Source: Pavona decussata
Lineage: Eukaryota
Direction of reading: 5' to 3'
Assembly (NCBI GenBank): GCA_977016875.1
Contig: CDRNST010000089.1
Coordinates: forward strand, 62,001-126,000
DNA: 64,000 nucleotides
Below are positions 26,301 through 39,590 of this stretch, piece after piece. Position numbers and translations under genes: made by a program. Below the pieces are notes generated by a model, which was not told where the DNA came from, searched no databases, and was given only the letters and a program-made list of their open reading frames with translations. Numbering within the stretch: the first letter of the stretch is position 1; each line of letters opens with the position of its first letter.

Positions 26301-27370
26301 CGTCCAACATTCAGCTCGTCTGGTGTGTTGTTTGGAAGCTAGGGGGTAGGGGGGGGGGGGTTAATTTTTGTGTGGAAATCGGGCTTGGCAGCTAAGCTGG
26401 TCTGAAATCTCATTTTCCTCCCTTCTTCCTCTTCTTTTACTACATACAAGCAAAACTTCGCCGGTTTGAGCCACAAGAACGACAAAGCAGAACGACTAAG
26501 GTTTCACTTTGCCTTTATGGTGATTTTTATTACTAGTATTCCATTCACTATTTTTCCACCATAATTATCCGTTCTGTATCACCGTACATTCCCTTATACC
26601 TTTTTGTAGCACCACCCCCCTTAAGGACTCAACCAAGAACAATTTTCACTTTAAGCAAGCACATGTTACATTCCTTTGTCAAAATTTTTTTTTTGTTTGC
26701 TATCATTCTTTGAAAGGTAACGTTTCTCTTTCTTTTGTGTCATTGTTTTATTTTGCTTCTCGTGCGATGTAAATAAACCACCGACATTTACTGTTATTTG
26801 AGATCGTGGACGAATTTTGGTAGCAATCTGAAGTTACAAGGGGGCTGGACGCCAAATTAAATTCAGTCAGGGTATGACGTCTCTGTGTACTTATACATTA
26901 GATTACCAAAACACTCTTTTTGGCAGCTCTTGAGTTATTTTTCACATGATTTTAGGCAATTTTTGTTCAGCAGTTTCAACGTTAATACGTTATGTGACCA
27001 AAGAGCGAAAACGTGAAATTTGAAAAAGCTAACCCGCGATCTTATACATCTTATACGTTTCGTATCTTGTGCTAGTCATGAATTTTCAACTTTTTGTTGA
27101 CATGATTTTGAATCTACGGTATCATCAATCGATTTTACTATTCAACGAGCCAACTTTTAACGCAAACAGTTTGTGAAACGAAGGAGTGAATTGGATCAAT
27201 CCCAGTGAACTCTGTCTGTTGGGGATGAATTGACATGGAAATAATTCTAACTGATATGGTACAAAAAAAAAATGAATTAGGGTGAGGTGCAAATTCTACA
27301 CAGATCACGATGTCAATTAATTGTTATATCAATATCCAAGAACAACAGCAACAAAGTTAATGAGACTTAC

Positions 27371-27442
27371 AAAATCCTTAAGTTTGATTGCTGTGAAAAT
27401 ATATCTCCTGGTAGATGCTCAATTCTGTTGCTGGAGAGGTGC
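27371..27442 (-). CDS. LRR exon, paralogue A (HLSSNRIEHLPGDIFSQQSNLRIL)
   Basis: 72 nt, phase 2-2, tttatctgtAG...GTAAGT. Confidence 0.85.
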
Positions 27443-30400
27443 CTACAGATAAAACAAAAGTCATTTCGATTTACTGATCGATTATACCGAAGACAACCCA
27501 CGGGAAGGTAACACATTTCTTTAACAAGAAAATTAGGCAGGTTATTTTAATTGACGGAAGGATTGAGGGTGGGGTGGAGGAGGAGGGTGATTGGGGTATC
27601 TTAGCAACGAAATATACGTTGACATTAGGTTTCTATTCATTTCTTTCCAGTTTTCGTAGCCTAATGCATTAATTAACTAATCAATGGAATCCCCCCAGAC
27701 TTGGAACAGACAGGGGAATAACAGGGGTACAAAGGTACTCCTAAACAGATAATCGTTCCTTAGAGGTTAGATTAGACGAATTTTGCTTTTCATTCTTGTT
27801 CAAGTCCCCACATTGGAATAAGTGAGTATTGTTATTAAGAAAGCCTTTGAGAAAGTCCAAAAGGACAATCGCAAACTGACATAGCCACAGACTCTTTTAA
27901 TTATTGAGAGACAAGGTAAAATATCAAGGTAACTTAATGAAGACGAGGAAAGATTGTGCATATTAAATTTGCCATAGAAATATTTGGATGAAAAGAGACC
28001 AAAATAATGGTATTCAAGACTTGAAAAATAAACTGACAGGGCTTTTTGATTGAGAAAATGTGTTCCCGGTAGCAATAGAAACTCTGTAATTTTATGTTGT
28101 TTGATATTGATTATGTTATGGTTATGATGTATTTACCAAGCCCAAGTTGAACAAAATATGTGTAAAAGCTTTAAGTGGAAGGCGATGCAAGCGAATAAAT
28201 TTTACGCTTTAAGATAATTATATTATTTGTCAAGAATTTGTTGCCAGGAGTGGACAATTTAATTGCATCTTTTTCTTCCTTATTTTTTTTTTAAAGAACC
28301 AGTGTCAAATTTCCTGTTTCTCCAGGGTCTCATAACATCAATGTTTAGTTATAACTGCTAAATTCTTTTTCACATTCATTCTCATTTGCTGGCTCGTTTA
28401 GCAGCTTGTTTTAATCGGAGATTTCGGTCATGACTTTTATTCAGTTTTTTTAACGCATTTGGAAAGTATACGAGCATGACAATACTTTCGACGTGACCGA
28501 ATCAATCTAGACGCTGGATTGTTATTGTAAATCACATTAAAATATACTGATTCTATAGATAATTCATTTGCGCCAAAAACTAGAATTATACCTGACAATA
28601 AGTCTTGCTCAAGGTATGAATCATCAACTCCTCATGAGTGACACAAAAGCTGAGGTAATGTGGTAAAACCAGCAATCGTGAAAGACATTAGTCATGATGG
28701 GGTAAAATAAAAGCTCAAATTTAGTCGCTTCCCTACGTGTTACCACGTAGGGGTTGATCCCCTGCCTTTCGGGTGCCATACTGCTAGTCTTGATTAGGCG
28801 CCTGATGAATACTAGCAGCATAGTGGTAGAAACTTTACGTTCCACACCCGTATGTGACACAAAACAACATTGCTCATATGTGTCACGAAAAGCTTTTGTC
28901 CCACAAGGGATTAACTTTGTCACAACATCAGTTATTTATTAGAAAAATCCCAGGAGTTTGGTAAACTCGGCCTTATATTAATTATTTCTCGTTTACGCCT
29001 TGAAGGAGCCGTTAGGATTAAGAAAATGAAAAATTCATGGATTCAACACTTTCGTCTTTGCTGATTGTGAAGAAAAAGTAAGCGGACTGATGTCTATACT
29101 AGAGCGAGTGACTGTTCAAAAATTGAGTAATTCAATTAGAGAACGGTTGCACGAATGACATGTCGTGGTTGTATAGTGTTTCTTTAAAACAGTGAACAGA
29201 ACTTTCGTGTAGTTTAATTTTGGTATCATTCTCAGTATATACTGTCAACAGACATCAACGGGTAATGGGTTTTTGAGCGCGTTTGCTTGTAGACTACTTC
29301 AACACATAAACTGTAATGTTTAGGACAATCGAACAACGGCTTTTAGAAAATTTCGTTTCCTTGTTAAAAATAGGAGTAGAATACTTGAAAGCTTAGTACT
29401 AACAGTGGTTTTAAGATTGCAAGCATGTTTCGGCATGCCTATGTCAATTTCCGTTGGATACATCTAATTCCAAAATATATACAAGAACTAAACTAAGACT
29501 TTTAGATCAGATCGATTAGCCATGAAGTAAGCCAACTACAATAAAATCATGGGATGCATTTTTGTTTTTGTTTTTTTAACTCTTGCTTTAAGCCGTTCCA
29601 GAAGAACATCTCAACATTTCAACATGAATGTGTTGAAATGTTCTTTATTCAGGACTTCAGCCAAATTTCTACTGACTACCATAGGATAAAGAGAAAGGTA
29701 CGTCTATGAAAGGCTTTAGAAATGAACTCGTCCAATTGAAAAGCAGCAGCGGAAGTGACTGCTACAGGCCAGCGAACGAAACTCCAGGCGCCAATGGTCG
29801 GTGCTTTGATTGTGTATTTCTCGATAATTTTTGGTGGCTTGCGCTTTGAATTTTGAACGGTTATCAAATTGCATGGTACGAGAAAAGAAGACCAACATTC
29901 AGCTTGCCCGGTACGTTGTTTTATAGCTGGGTGGTATAAATGTTTGTGTGGAGATCGGGCTGCCGCTAAGCTGGTCTGAAATCTGGTTTTCCTCCTTTCT
30001 TTTACTTCTTTTTTACGCGCAAGCAAAACCCTTCATATGGCTAAAATTCGCTCTTTTGAGCCACGAGAGCGACAAAGCTGAACGACTAAGGCAATTGCAA
30101 GTTTACCTTTATTGTGAACTTTATTTCTAGTATTCCATTCAATATTTTACCACTCAAATTAACCTTTCGGTATTGCCGTAGAGTCCCTTATACCGTACCT
30201 TTTAGAGTACTGTCCCTTCCCCCCGCCCACATCCAAGGGTTGAAGGACCGTTTTCACGTAAACCACGCACGCGCTACATTCCATTCAGCATCAGGATCAG
30301 ATCAGCATGAAAACGAATTACTGGTTATATAGAGCTACGCAGTTTCCGAAAGCTGAACCAGTTTTTAATTCATACCGGTGGGGTAAAGTATGCCTTAATA

Positions 30401-31688
30401 TGTAGTTTTTCTTTTTGTCCTAACGAATTAAGATTTGTGTTAACAAGATCATCGGAATCGACGGTATTGACCATCAATCAATTAAACTGTTCAAAAGACC
30501 AAATTTTATCGTAAACAGTTATTTTTTTTTTTCGGAAACTGTAAAATCGCTTACTATTCAGAGCATTTCGTTGCCTTTCAAATGTCATTAATACTTATGG
30601 ACAACATATAAGTTACAGTTTACGAAAGGAGTCGACAAGGCAAATATTAACCATGGTAGAAGTGGCGGGATTTCCATCTTCAATTTGCTTTTCCAGGACT
30701 AATAAAACCTATGAGTATGATTTGAATTGAAATTATTTTGACAGTTTCTCGGTTCTTCGTTCTCGCACCTTGAATTTTGAATATTCAAACCTTTGAAACT
30801 GCACTTTTGACGGCATTTTGAAATTTTTGAGAATCTCTCAGAATTAAAAAGTCGCTTAAACGTTTAAATATAATCTTGAAAAGAGTTCAGTACTGAGGGT
30901 ATTTTCGGAGGCAATATGAGCGATTCGCCAAATGTGCTCGTTGACGGAGAATTCTTGATCCTTACAGGCAGCCGCTCTTAATATGTCAATCTATCTGATT
31001 GAAACGAAAAGAATACATTGAGTCAAGAGGAAAAGAGGCGACAGAGAGGTAGACCCCAGTATAGCCCTTGGGACATCTGAATTTCACTTAAGTTATTTTT
31101 AGACATCATGAAAGCAGAAGTCTGTTTCCTGAGATGTTAGCAAATTGGCATTTTGCGTCCTCGACTGCGTTTGTGACGGAATAAATATTCCGCCCGTTGT
31201 CAAGTCGCTCGTGTATTAACTGTCGGGAATAGTGTCTCAATTCTAAATTTTAGTTCAAAATGTAGAAGTGAAGTTTAAGTGTGCTAAAAATTAGATATGA
31301 TTATCGCCTATGTTCGGTTTTAAATTTCGCGGGTGCAGCCATTTTGAATCCCATGACGTCATATTTTTGACGGACCATTAGATTAAACCGGAGGGGGGAG
31401 GGGGGATTTTCGGTGCATGAATATATTTTTTTTTTTTGAAACCCACTTGTCTGCAGGAATCTTTTCCCCTCTGCGTGAGGTTTCATTTAAAATACCAATT
31501 AACGGATAGATCTTCTCTAAAATATGGCTAACTGGCCAGTAATATTTACCTAGTGATTATTATTTTATTTCTAAAAAGTTCGGATTAGAAATGTGTTTAT
31601 CGGTCTGACGGCTTTATGTTTAGTTTCGATTGAAATCCGTGAATATTGAGGTTTGGCGGAGCTCTTTACGGCACGCAGCGTAAAGTGC

Positions 31689-34386
31689 TGTTGAGGCCTC
31701 AAATGTAATAAATGTCCCTAAATGTAATAAAGGTCCTAAGTGTAATAACTTTCGGCCCTAAATGTAATAAAGGTCCTAAGTGTAATAACTTTTGGCCTTA
31801 AATGTAATAAAGGTCCTAAGTGTAATAACTTTCGGCCCTAAATGTAATAAAGGTCTCGAATGTAATATATGTTCTGCTCCAGATGAAATCACAGTGATAT
31901 ATATATAAGATTTAAGGTGGCCGAACACAGTTTTTCCATTACACAAGTGTTAGTAAACATTATTTGAAAACTACGGACTTCTGAGTACCCGAAATTAGCA
32001 TGGTGCAAGATTAACTGAGAAGGAATAAATTTTGATACTTCTTGTTGAACAAGGTGCCGTTGCCATGGCAACGCAGCAAGCTATTAACCGTCCACAAATA
32101 ATGGTTTTTCTTAATTTTTAGAAAATGCACTCGTTAGATTTTTTCCATATTTTGTATCCAGAAAAACCCACAAAATACTGACATAGTGACGCTGCTTTCA
32201 TGTAATTTTAACAGACAGATCTCCTGTAAATGTTGGTTTTGCACTTTAATGTTTTTTGAAGATACCCTCTGTTAGATTTTGTTTTGGGTTTGTAGGCAAG
32301 TTACGCTTTTAGAAAACTACTGTTTTGTCAAATTTCACGAAATTCTAACGAGCGGTTCCTTAGAAAACAGTTTATTTCCATTAAAATAACCAGTCACAAT
32401 TTCTTGTTCAAATGCGCAAGCGTGGCTTTTAATTAGGGTTTCTCAGAAAGATGAAAGGCGTACAAAAAGGCTTAGCTCATTGTGAACTCAATTTCTTTGT
32501 TCGGCGATAAATGAAGAAGGATTCACAAACGAGAAACTAAGTTATTTTAAGAGCAAAACTTACCTTTTGGTATAAAATCGAGTGGTCGATAGCATTTGCT
32601 TACCACAACCCTAGCGCGCGCTTAATAGCATCACTAACAGAATCTGCAAAGCACGCGCAAACTGTGTTCGGCCACCTTAACTGCATTTATTATACAAATG
32701 CAAGAAGGCGAAAATGTGTCTAAGGGATCCCGATTACATTTTACCTTGAATACTCAGAACCTACTGAAATAAAAGCCTTACATCAAGTGTCACATATGCC
32801 ATTTTAATCTGCACGTCCTATTCTACAGGGGCAAACAGCAACACTAGTTAGGCAGTAACAACAGAAATAGTAAATTTTAACTAAGGCCTTTTTAATTTAG
32901 ATGTTTCACCTTGTGATCTCTTTGAGTACACATCGAAAGGATGCGAAAAATGTCACACGGGAACCCGAGTGTAAACTGTACCGCGCTTCAATGGCCTGTT
33001 AGCTTAAGGTCAAGTCTGTTTTATGTCTTTAATTGTTTCTGTCGAGTCTTTCCGTTTGTGGCTAAAATTTTTACATCAAAAAAGTGTTTTTGACTTCATT
33101 TCTCTAGTTTTCTTCAAAGGAGGGTTCGTAAGGTCTTAGAAAAATCGCTTGTGGAATTTGAGAACGTAATTTTATAGGCCTGGAAAATCGTGGAATAAGG
33201 CGGATCATGAGAAGTCATTGAAAGTAATATTCCTGCTACAAAATCAAAGTAAGAAAGTTAGTAAAACAGGTTGTTAGAGATTTTCCATATAAGCTTCAGT
33301 ACTATTTTTGATAAATGAGTCACAGAATAGTCTGCGAAAATAAGCTTCCAGACACTACAATCTAATCCAACTTAAAAATTTGACTGTTTAAACACAAACA
33401 CTATTTGCAAAAGGTATTATTAATTTGAAAAAAAAAATGAAGTGATAAGAAGCGTTCGCGAATGGTCTGCATGATAACTATTAACCTCTCGTGCTCTTGT
33501 GTATAGCGTAACAAGGTTGCTATTACCTTAAGGAAAAAAATACTTAATAATAAAGGAAATTAACGCTAAAGAAGGGCTTGAATTTCAAAATAAAGGAAAT
33601 TAACGCGAACGTATACAAAGAAACAGGTTTTATTAAGGCAAAAGAAACAACTCTATTTTAATATTAAGTGTAAAAATCCGTAAATGTTCGTGGAATTGTC
33701 GCTAAACATGGGAATTAAATAAAGGAATCTGGCCACTTCGAGCGTTCGTTGACAGAATCCATAATACCAGCTGATCTCCACCCTGCTAAATCAATGCTTT
33801 TTCCTTTCTGGAGTGTATCGAGAATTTGGGGCAAAAATAATGAAAATTAAGGTCGAGGAAATTAACGCACCACCTAATCACTGACGCGGTAATTAACGCA
33901 AATTTTTTGAAAATTCGCGTTAATTTCCCATTATTTGTGGAGCACGATGAAGCATGATCGTTTTAAAAGTTGTATGTTGCTACCATAAGATATTGACAAA
34001 ATAAATTCAAGCGAAAATTAGCAAAGGAAGGGGAATTTTGGCCATTTGACTGATGACGCCATCACTATTCAATCATTAAAGACATGAACGTGAGGTCAAA
34101 CCGTGATGGGACTCAGTCAATGGCCTTTATTACATTTAAGGCCAAAAGTTATTACACTTAGGACATTACATTTAGGGCCGAAAGTTATTACATTTATGGC
34201 CGAAAGTTATTACACTTAGGACCTTTATTACATTTAAGGCCAAAAGTTATTACACTTAGGACCTTTATTACATTTAAGGCCAAAAGTTATTACACTTAGG
34301 ACCTTTATTACATTTAGGGCCGAAAGTTATTACACTTAGGACCTTTATTACATGTAGGGACATTTATTACATTTGAGGCCTCAACA
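31689..34386. mobile_element. Non-autonomous TGT...ACA DNA transposon (Ginger-like) with subterminal 40-bp tandem arrays
   Basis: TIR TGTTGAGGCCTCAAATGTAATAAATGTCCCTA. 5-bp TSD AGTGC at 31684-31688 and 34387-34391. Empty paralogous site at ~25462. Confidence 0.88.
31916..32676. mobile_element. Nested TTAA MITE (Kolobok-like)
   Basis: TIR GGTGGCCGAACACAGTTT with TTAA on both sides. Confidence 0.85.
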
Positions 34387-34994
34387 AGTGCCCACGAATT
34401 TAATTCCATACATAAGTAGATTGGTGTTAGTGTTTTTGAGTTAAAATAGACTTGACTCTAAGTCAGGCCCCACTTTTGTGAAAATAGCCTATAATTACAT
34501 GTATGTCACGTTTAATACATTCTGAAGCTTAGGAGGGGTTATATTGAAAAAAAAAATTAACTCCGTCAAAATTTCACAGAAAACAAAAGTTAAACCTTTA
34601 AATTGTTATTGACAAATGGAACTTCAATGTGTAAGATATTCAAGGTGTTTGAGCAAGGAATGACTTTTTGACAGCACCGGCAATGTATAGATGAATTGTA
34701 GGGTCCCCGAAGTTAAATTGGGTAGTTTTGAGGTCACTTTGTAAACTGTCCCGCCAAAAAAAATCGCATTGAGCTCAGTAAATGTGATATTTGTTTATGG
34801 GATATAATGATTTGTGTTCATAAAAAAAAAAAAAAAAAAAAAATCAGCGAATTCAGTGAAAAGTCGAAATTTGCCTTATCCGTTCTAACGCAGACAGCCT
34901 CTTAAAGTAGGTAAAGGTCTTACAATCTTCCAGCGAAACAAATATTTGGAGACGCGCTTGTTTCAATTCGCGAGTCCGTGAATCGCGCTTCAAT

Positions 34995-35368
34995 AGGGAG
35001 CTTAAGTAACGATGACGACGCGAAGACAGCGACGATGCCACAAAACAATATGTTTTATGAGATGAAGCAATCGCTCTCCTACTGCAATTTACATTTTGGT
35101 ACATTTCTTTGCTGTCCTCTACAAAGCAACAACGTGAAATGACCAGATTCTAGGGGTTTTCTTTGGAGAACGTGAGCACATGACAGTGAATTTTTCATTT
35201 TCTTTCTTGCTTGAACGCCGCTCCTACCAATTTGGTTCTTGGATAGTTCGCCGTTTTCTTCAGAAGTTGAGCGAGTTAAAATAATCGCCAAGTCGCACAA
35301 ATGAACTAAAGTTATATTTTCAGGTGAAGTTTTCGTTGCCGTTGTCGTCGTTGCTGCTTAAGCTCCCT
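34995..35368. mobile_element. PIF/Harbinger-like MITE (truncated copy at 26068-26145)
   Basis: TIR AGGGAGCTTAAG(C/T)A(A/G)C followed by gacgac repeats, in an AT-rich target. Confidence 0.75.
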
Positions 35369-37979
35369 AAGAAAACTCCTGGCAGAAACTATGTACGTTA
35401 TCTAATGAACACACTTTATAACCGTTGCGTGACTCACGCTATGACTTCGACTTAGACGGTGAAGATGTCTACAAACGGATAAATACACCTTTGCTCCCCA
35501 AAAAAGCGCTGATACCTCATGTCTCACAATTTACGAGATCACTGTTGAAGTGATAATAGACTTGGGCGCATCATGTAATATCATAAGTTCTGCCGTACCC
35601 AACCAACTTTTCGATATGGGATCCACATTTCACAAATGCCGACGCCTTATTCACCCCTTCTAAATCACCTTAAGAGAGGATGCGTGGAAAAGATATCATT
35701 TTTTTTTATTAACAATTAAGAATCTATTTTTCCAGAGTAGATGATCTAACACTTCAGTTTTTTTTAAAGACATGTTGCAGCAATTGTCTGCCAATAGCTA
35801 ATAATATCTTTTTCAAATCTGGGGAGCTGTTCACTTAGGAAAAGAAGTTTACCGTCATGATTATGCTGAAATATTTAGAAGGCGCCAGCGACATTAGCAA
35901 GGAGAAAATTTGGAATTATCTCCATGGAGCGCCCTATTCTGAACAAAGATGGTTTACCCAGTTTAGTTTTAACCCCTTGTCAAAGATAACGTTCTTTTAT
36001 AGATTTTATTAAAGTTGACTTTTTGATTTTCGCAGGTGTATGATTCCACACGAAGTCGAAAATCATTCCATTCACTTCTTCAACGAAGTGAGATGGTGTT
36101 TCCATAGAGCTACCGACAAAAATGACCTTTGAAAGGGTTAATGTTTTGATAATATTTATTCTTCCATAAACTGAGGATTTATCCCTTTGAGATCAAAATT
36201 TTAAAGTTTTCTGTAATTTTGCCAGTTTGACGAAGAAGTTTCTCTGGTCTGATAAATTGTGATCATACGAGAAATGCCAACCCAAACAGTAGAGAAACTC
36301 ATATCTTTGATTATTTCAATATTTAAAATTTCAGTTTGGTGAATTTATATCCCCAGTTCGCGACAAATTATTATTAAAAAAATGCATCGCAATTAATTCA
36401 GACGAACAAGATAGGTATATAAAAGTGGGATTTCATACAAAACATTGTGCCTTTCACTCTATCTTTCCGTATTTTAAAAAGTGAAACGATTCTAAGTCTT
36501 CCCTAAATTAGCGTACTCAAAATGTTTTCCGACTTTTACTGTAACCCATAACTTTTTTGTTATTTTGTTTACGTTTGCAAGTGATATTGCAAATAAAGCT
36601 AGTAGTGTAGGTAGGCCGTATAGTAAGTAATCCAAATAATTGTATGTTTGGAGCGAAACGTGTTGAGTTAATTATAAGTAGACCATTGTATTGTCAGTAC
36701 TGTATACCTGTAGTGAAAGTAATGTACGTATTGTTTTGCAAATAGAATATTGTATCAGTTTCTGCTTTTAAATAACATGGATGATAAGGGACGTCCAACA
36801 TTTAGCTTGCCTGGTGTGGTGTTTGGGATCTGGGCGGTGTTAATTGATGTGTCGAAATCGGGCTTGGCGCTTAAAGGTGGTCTGAAATCAAGTTTTCTTC
36901 CCTCTTTTTTTCTCATTACGTTCGAACAAAACCCTTAGAATGGCTTAAATTCTCTGTTTTGAGCCACGAGAACGACAAAGCAGAACGACTAAGACATGTT
37001 TACGTTTATTGTGATTTTTATTGCTACCTGAGTTGCTATGCGGCACTGTGATGAAGTAGACGGTATAAGCCAGTTAGGTGCGAAGCTTTATGCTAAGGAA
37101 TTCCAACCATTAACACTGATTGATCACTTTAGAGTGGATGCAGTGCTCCAAATAATTATCAATTTCTTGTTTTACCTTACCATGAGGTACCGTTGTTGAG
37201 ATATATGCCATTCCTATGCAAATTTAGCTTTGTGCTTAAGTGTACTATCAACTTGGTTCCCGGGAAGAAGTGAGTCTCTGAGAATGAAGTTAGTATTTGT
37301 ATTAAGCATTGATATATTTACTATGTTGCAACCGTGCCATCAATTAATTTTGGTATGTTTAATTTGTGTGTGATTGAGAACCAGTTTACAATTCTGCCAC
37401 TATGTGTCTACATGTATTTTGTCCTCATAAGGGTTTCTGATGTTACATTTTTTTGGTCTTGGGGTTGATTGTCAAAAATAAATAGACATGCCTGTAACAT
37501 CCATATTTGCTTTGGGTATTGTTTTGGTGATTCCAGCTTATATAGAAACTTTTTTCTACGTTCTTCTTCTTATGCCAACTGAGTAATCGATAATCTGCAA
37601 TTTTTGGACAGTTTTATCAAGAGTCTTTACCAGCAGGCTACAGAATAAAAAAAAATAGTCAAGCATAAACTAATGTAAACAAATATAGCTAGACAAATAG
37701 TACAGAGTACTTTGTTTCAGTTGGTCACTGGATAGATTAATTATGTGAGGGTCTGTAACAGTGGTAGTTTTCAATGACTTGTTTCGCTCACACTTTTTAG
37801 TTGTTGTTATTCCATAACTCAGTAGGCCATCAGTAACAACTGTTCTGCTCTTTGGAGGATTTTCTATCGCTATACCTGACTTCCAGTGTATCTTCATCAA
37901 TGTATTAGTATTTCGCATGTAGTTTAATTTGGTCAATTGCAAGCAGTAAGGTGATTCATCTTTGTTTTTTGTTTTTTTA

Positions 37980-38205
37980 AGAGGACTGCTTCAGTTGATG
38001 AAGACTTCACCATTTTTTGTGTAACCACCACTGGAGAAGGTTTTGACTTAGCCAAACTCTATGTCGTGTGCGAAAGAATGGTATTGTACAGTTTTCCACA
38101 CAAGAACATTGTGGACAGCACTGTGCCTTTGCTGTCGTCCTTTTATATATTCAACATGGTATATAAAGACAGCAAAGCCATATTGTCTTTTTTAGAGCCA
38201 GCTTA
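37980..38205 (+). pseudogene. Possible DNA-transposon accessory ORF remnant (CACTA/EnSpm-like)
   Basis: Frameshifted peptides LYVVCER... and LLSSFYIFNMVYKDSKAILSFLE resemble the C-terminus of animal EnSpm ORF2. Recognised from memory only. Confidence 0.3.
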
Positions 38206-38277
38206 GTAGTCGTTTTATGTTTCTGTTTGGTTTGCCAGAATAGTTAGTGGGAAAATGGCCGTTTTAATACAAGAGGA

Positions 38278-39313
38278 TAACCGGCAATCAGGCGTTCCTT
38301 TGTGTGTGTGTTCCCTTTTTTTAGGGGGGGGGGGGGGGGGGAAAGTGTGGCAGAGTCGGCGGTCGGAAGAAGGAAAAAAAAAAGTCTGCTCTAATTACCA
38401 CTAGAGTCCAAAATCTAGCCTTTTGTCTAATTGGTCGAAGAACAAAAGATCCTTTGAGCCACCTGCCATTTGGTTACGTGATTGCATGTTTGACTTCCGG
38501 TGTAATTTCAAAATTATGCGGCCGCGGAGGGAGATGCGAATAGCGAATTTTCCGCTGCACTTACTTCGTCTCTTTAAGACTTTATCCACAAATCGTTAAA
38601 GGATGAGCAGAAAGAATGCATTCGAAGGATCGTTTGCTTAGAAGCAGATGTTTTAGCCGTACTTCCAACGAGAGCTAGGGAGCGTTGAAATTGTTTACGG
38701 CAGTGCTGAACAATGGCTTAGTGATCGATGGAGAAAAGGCATTACAGTGCGGCAATCTTCACCAGTCGAAGGTTTTAGTAGTATGTGAAGTTCACACAGT
38801 CACAACCTGGTGATTTTAATAGAGCATGATAAATGTCGACGTTCGAGCTGAAGTTTTTCTCGCTCGATTGAAATGAAGCTGGAGCATTTAAGATGTTGAA
38901 GCATGAAGTTTACTGTCTCCTGGATTTATGCCTAAAAGTTTGGAAAACAATTATTTGAGAGCTCAGCTGTCTCTTTTCGCCTTAGATACTGTCGTTGTGT
39001 GTTTTTGAAAATCTTAGAATTGACATTTAAAATCATAGATTTTATCGAAGGATTTTATTGCGTGTTCAAAAGTCTTCTGGAAATTAGCACTTAAAATCCC
39101 GCCTTCCAAGCTGTATTCATTTCCGGTATAATCTGATTGGCTTACATTAAAAGCATGAGACAAGATAACATCGCGTCAGCAAACAAGGGGCGGCAGAAGA
39201 CTCGTGCAGTAATTGTATCAGGCGTTCTTTTCTTCTTCCTTCTCCCGAACGCCGACTCTCGCAATGCCACACTTTTGCGCTCCAACTAAAAAATAACACC
39301 TGATCGCAGGTTA
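38278..39313 (+). mobile_element. AcademH-like non-autonomous element with a RecQ helicase remnant
   Basis: TIR taacc(g/t)gc(a/g)atcagg. Internal DVLAVLPT (motif I) and EIVYGSAEQW...VLVVCEVHTVTTW (degenerate motifs Ib and II) at ~38640-38812. Confidence 0.68.
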
Positions 39314-39320
39314 ACTGGAA

Positions 39321-39351
<31 letters not shown>

Positions 39352-39590
39352 AACATTCGTTGTTCGTCTAGTTATGTTTCTCTACTAAGTATAAAGACGG
39401 ACAAAAGACGCATTATGCGTCTGGACGAACTATCTTCCATTCTCCGTCTTGAACGACGCACAGCGGAAACGATTTTGTCCAGAAGGATAATGTGTCTTGT
39501 GACCTTCTTTATACACCAGTAGGGACGCATGACCAGACGAACAACGAATGTTTGTCCAAGCTCGTCCAGACGGATAATGTGTATTCTAGT
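39314..39590. mobile_element. Palindromic MITE
   Basis: ~60-bp inverted ends (cattatccgtctggacgaacttgggcaaacattcgttgttcgtct). Confidence 0.7.

Larger units (their letters stand above)
3170..37025 (+). repeat. Tandem segmental duplication of LRR-exon-bearing intron blocks
   Basis: 9530-10757 plus 12060-12510 matches 26150-27780. 20770-22130 matches 27500-28820. 23385-26145 matches 29600-31688 plus 34387-35070. 3170-3870 plus 8481-9200 matches 35590-36720. There is also a local ~0.85-kb duplicate at 12530-13097 plus 20762-21050. Confidence 0.9.

Noticed and set aside
31700-31870. CRISPR-like array (also 34125-34375)
   Set aside because: There are no unique spacers or cas genes. The repeats are inverted at the two ends of a TSD-flanked transposon in a eukaryotic context.
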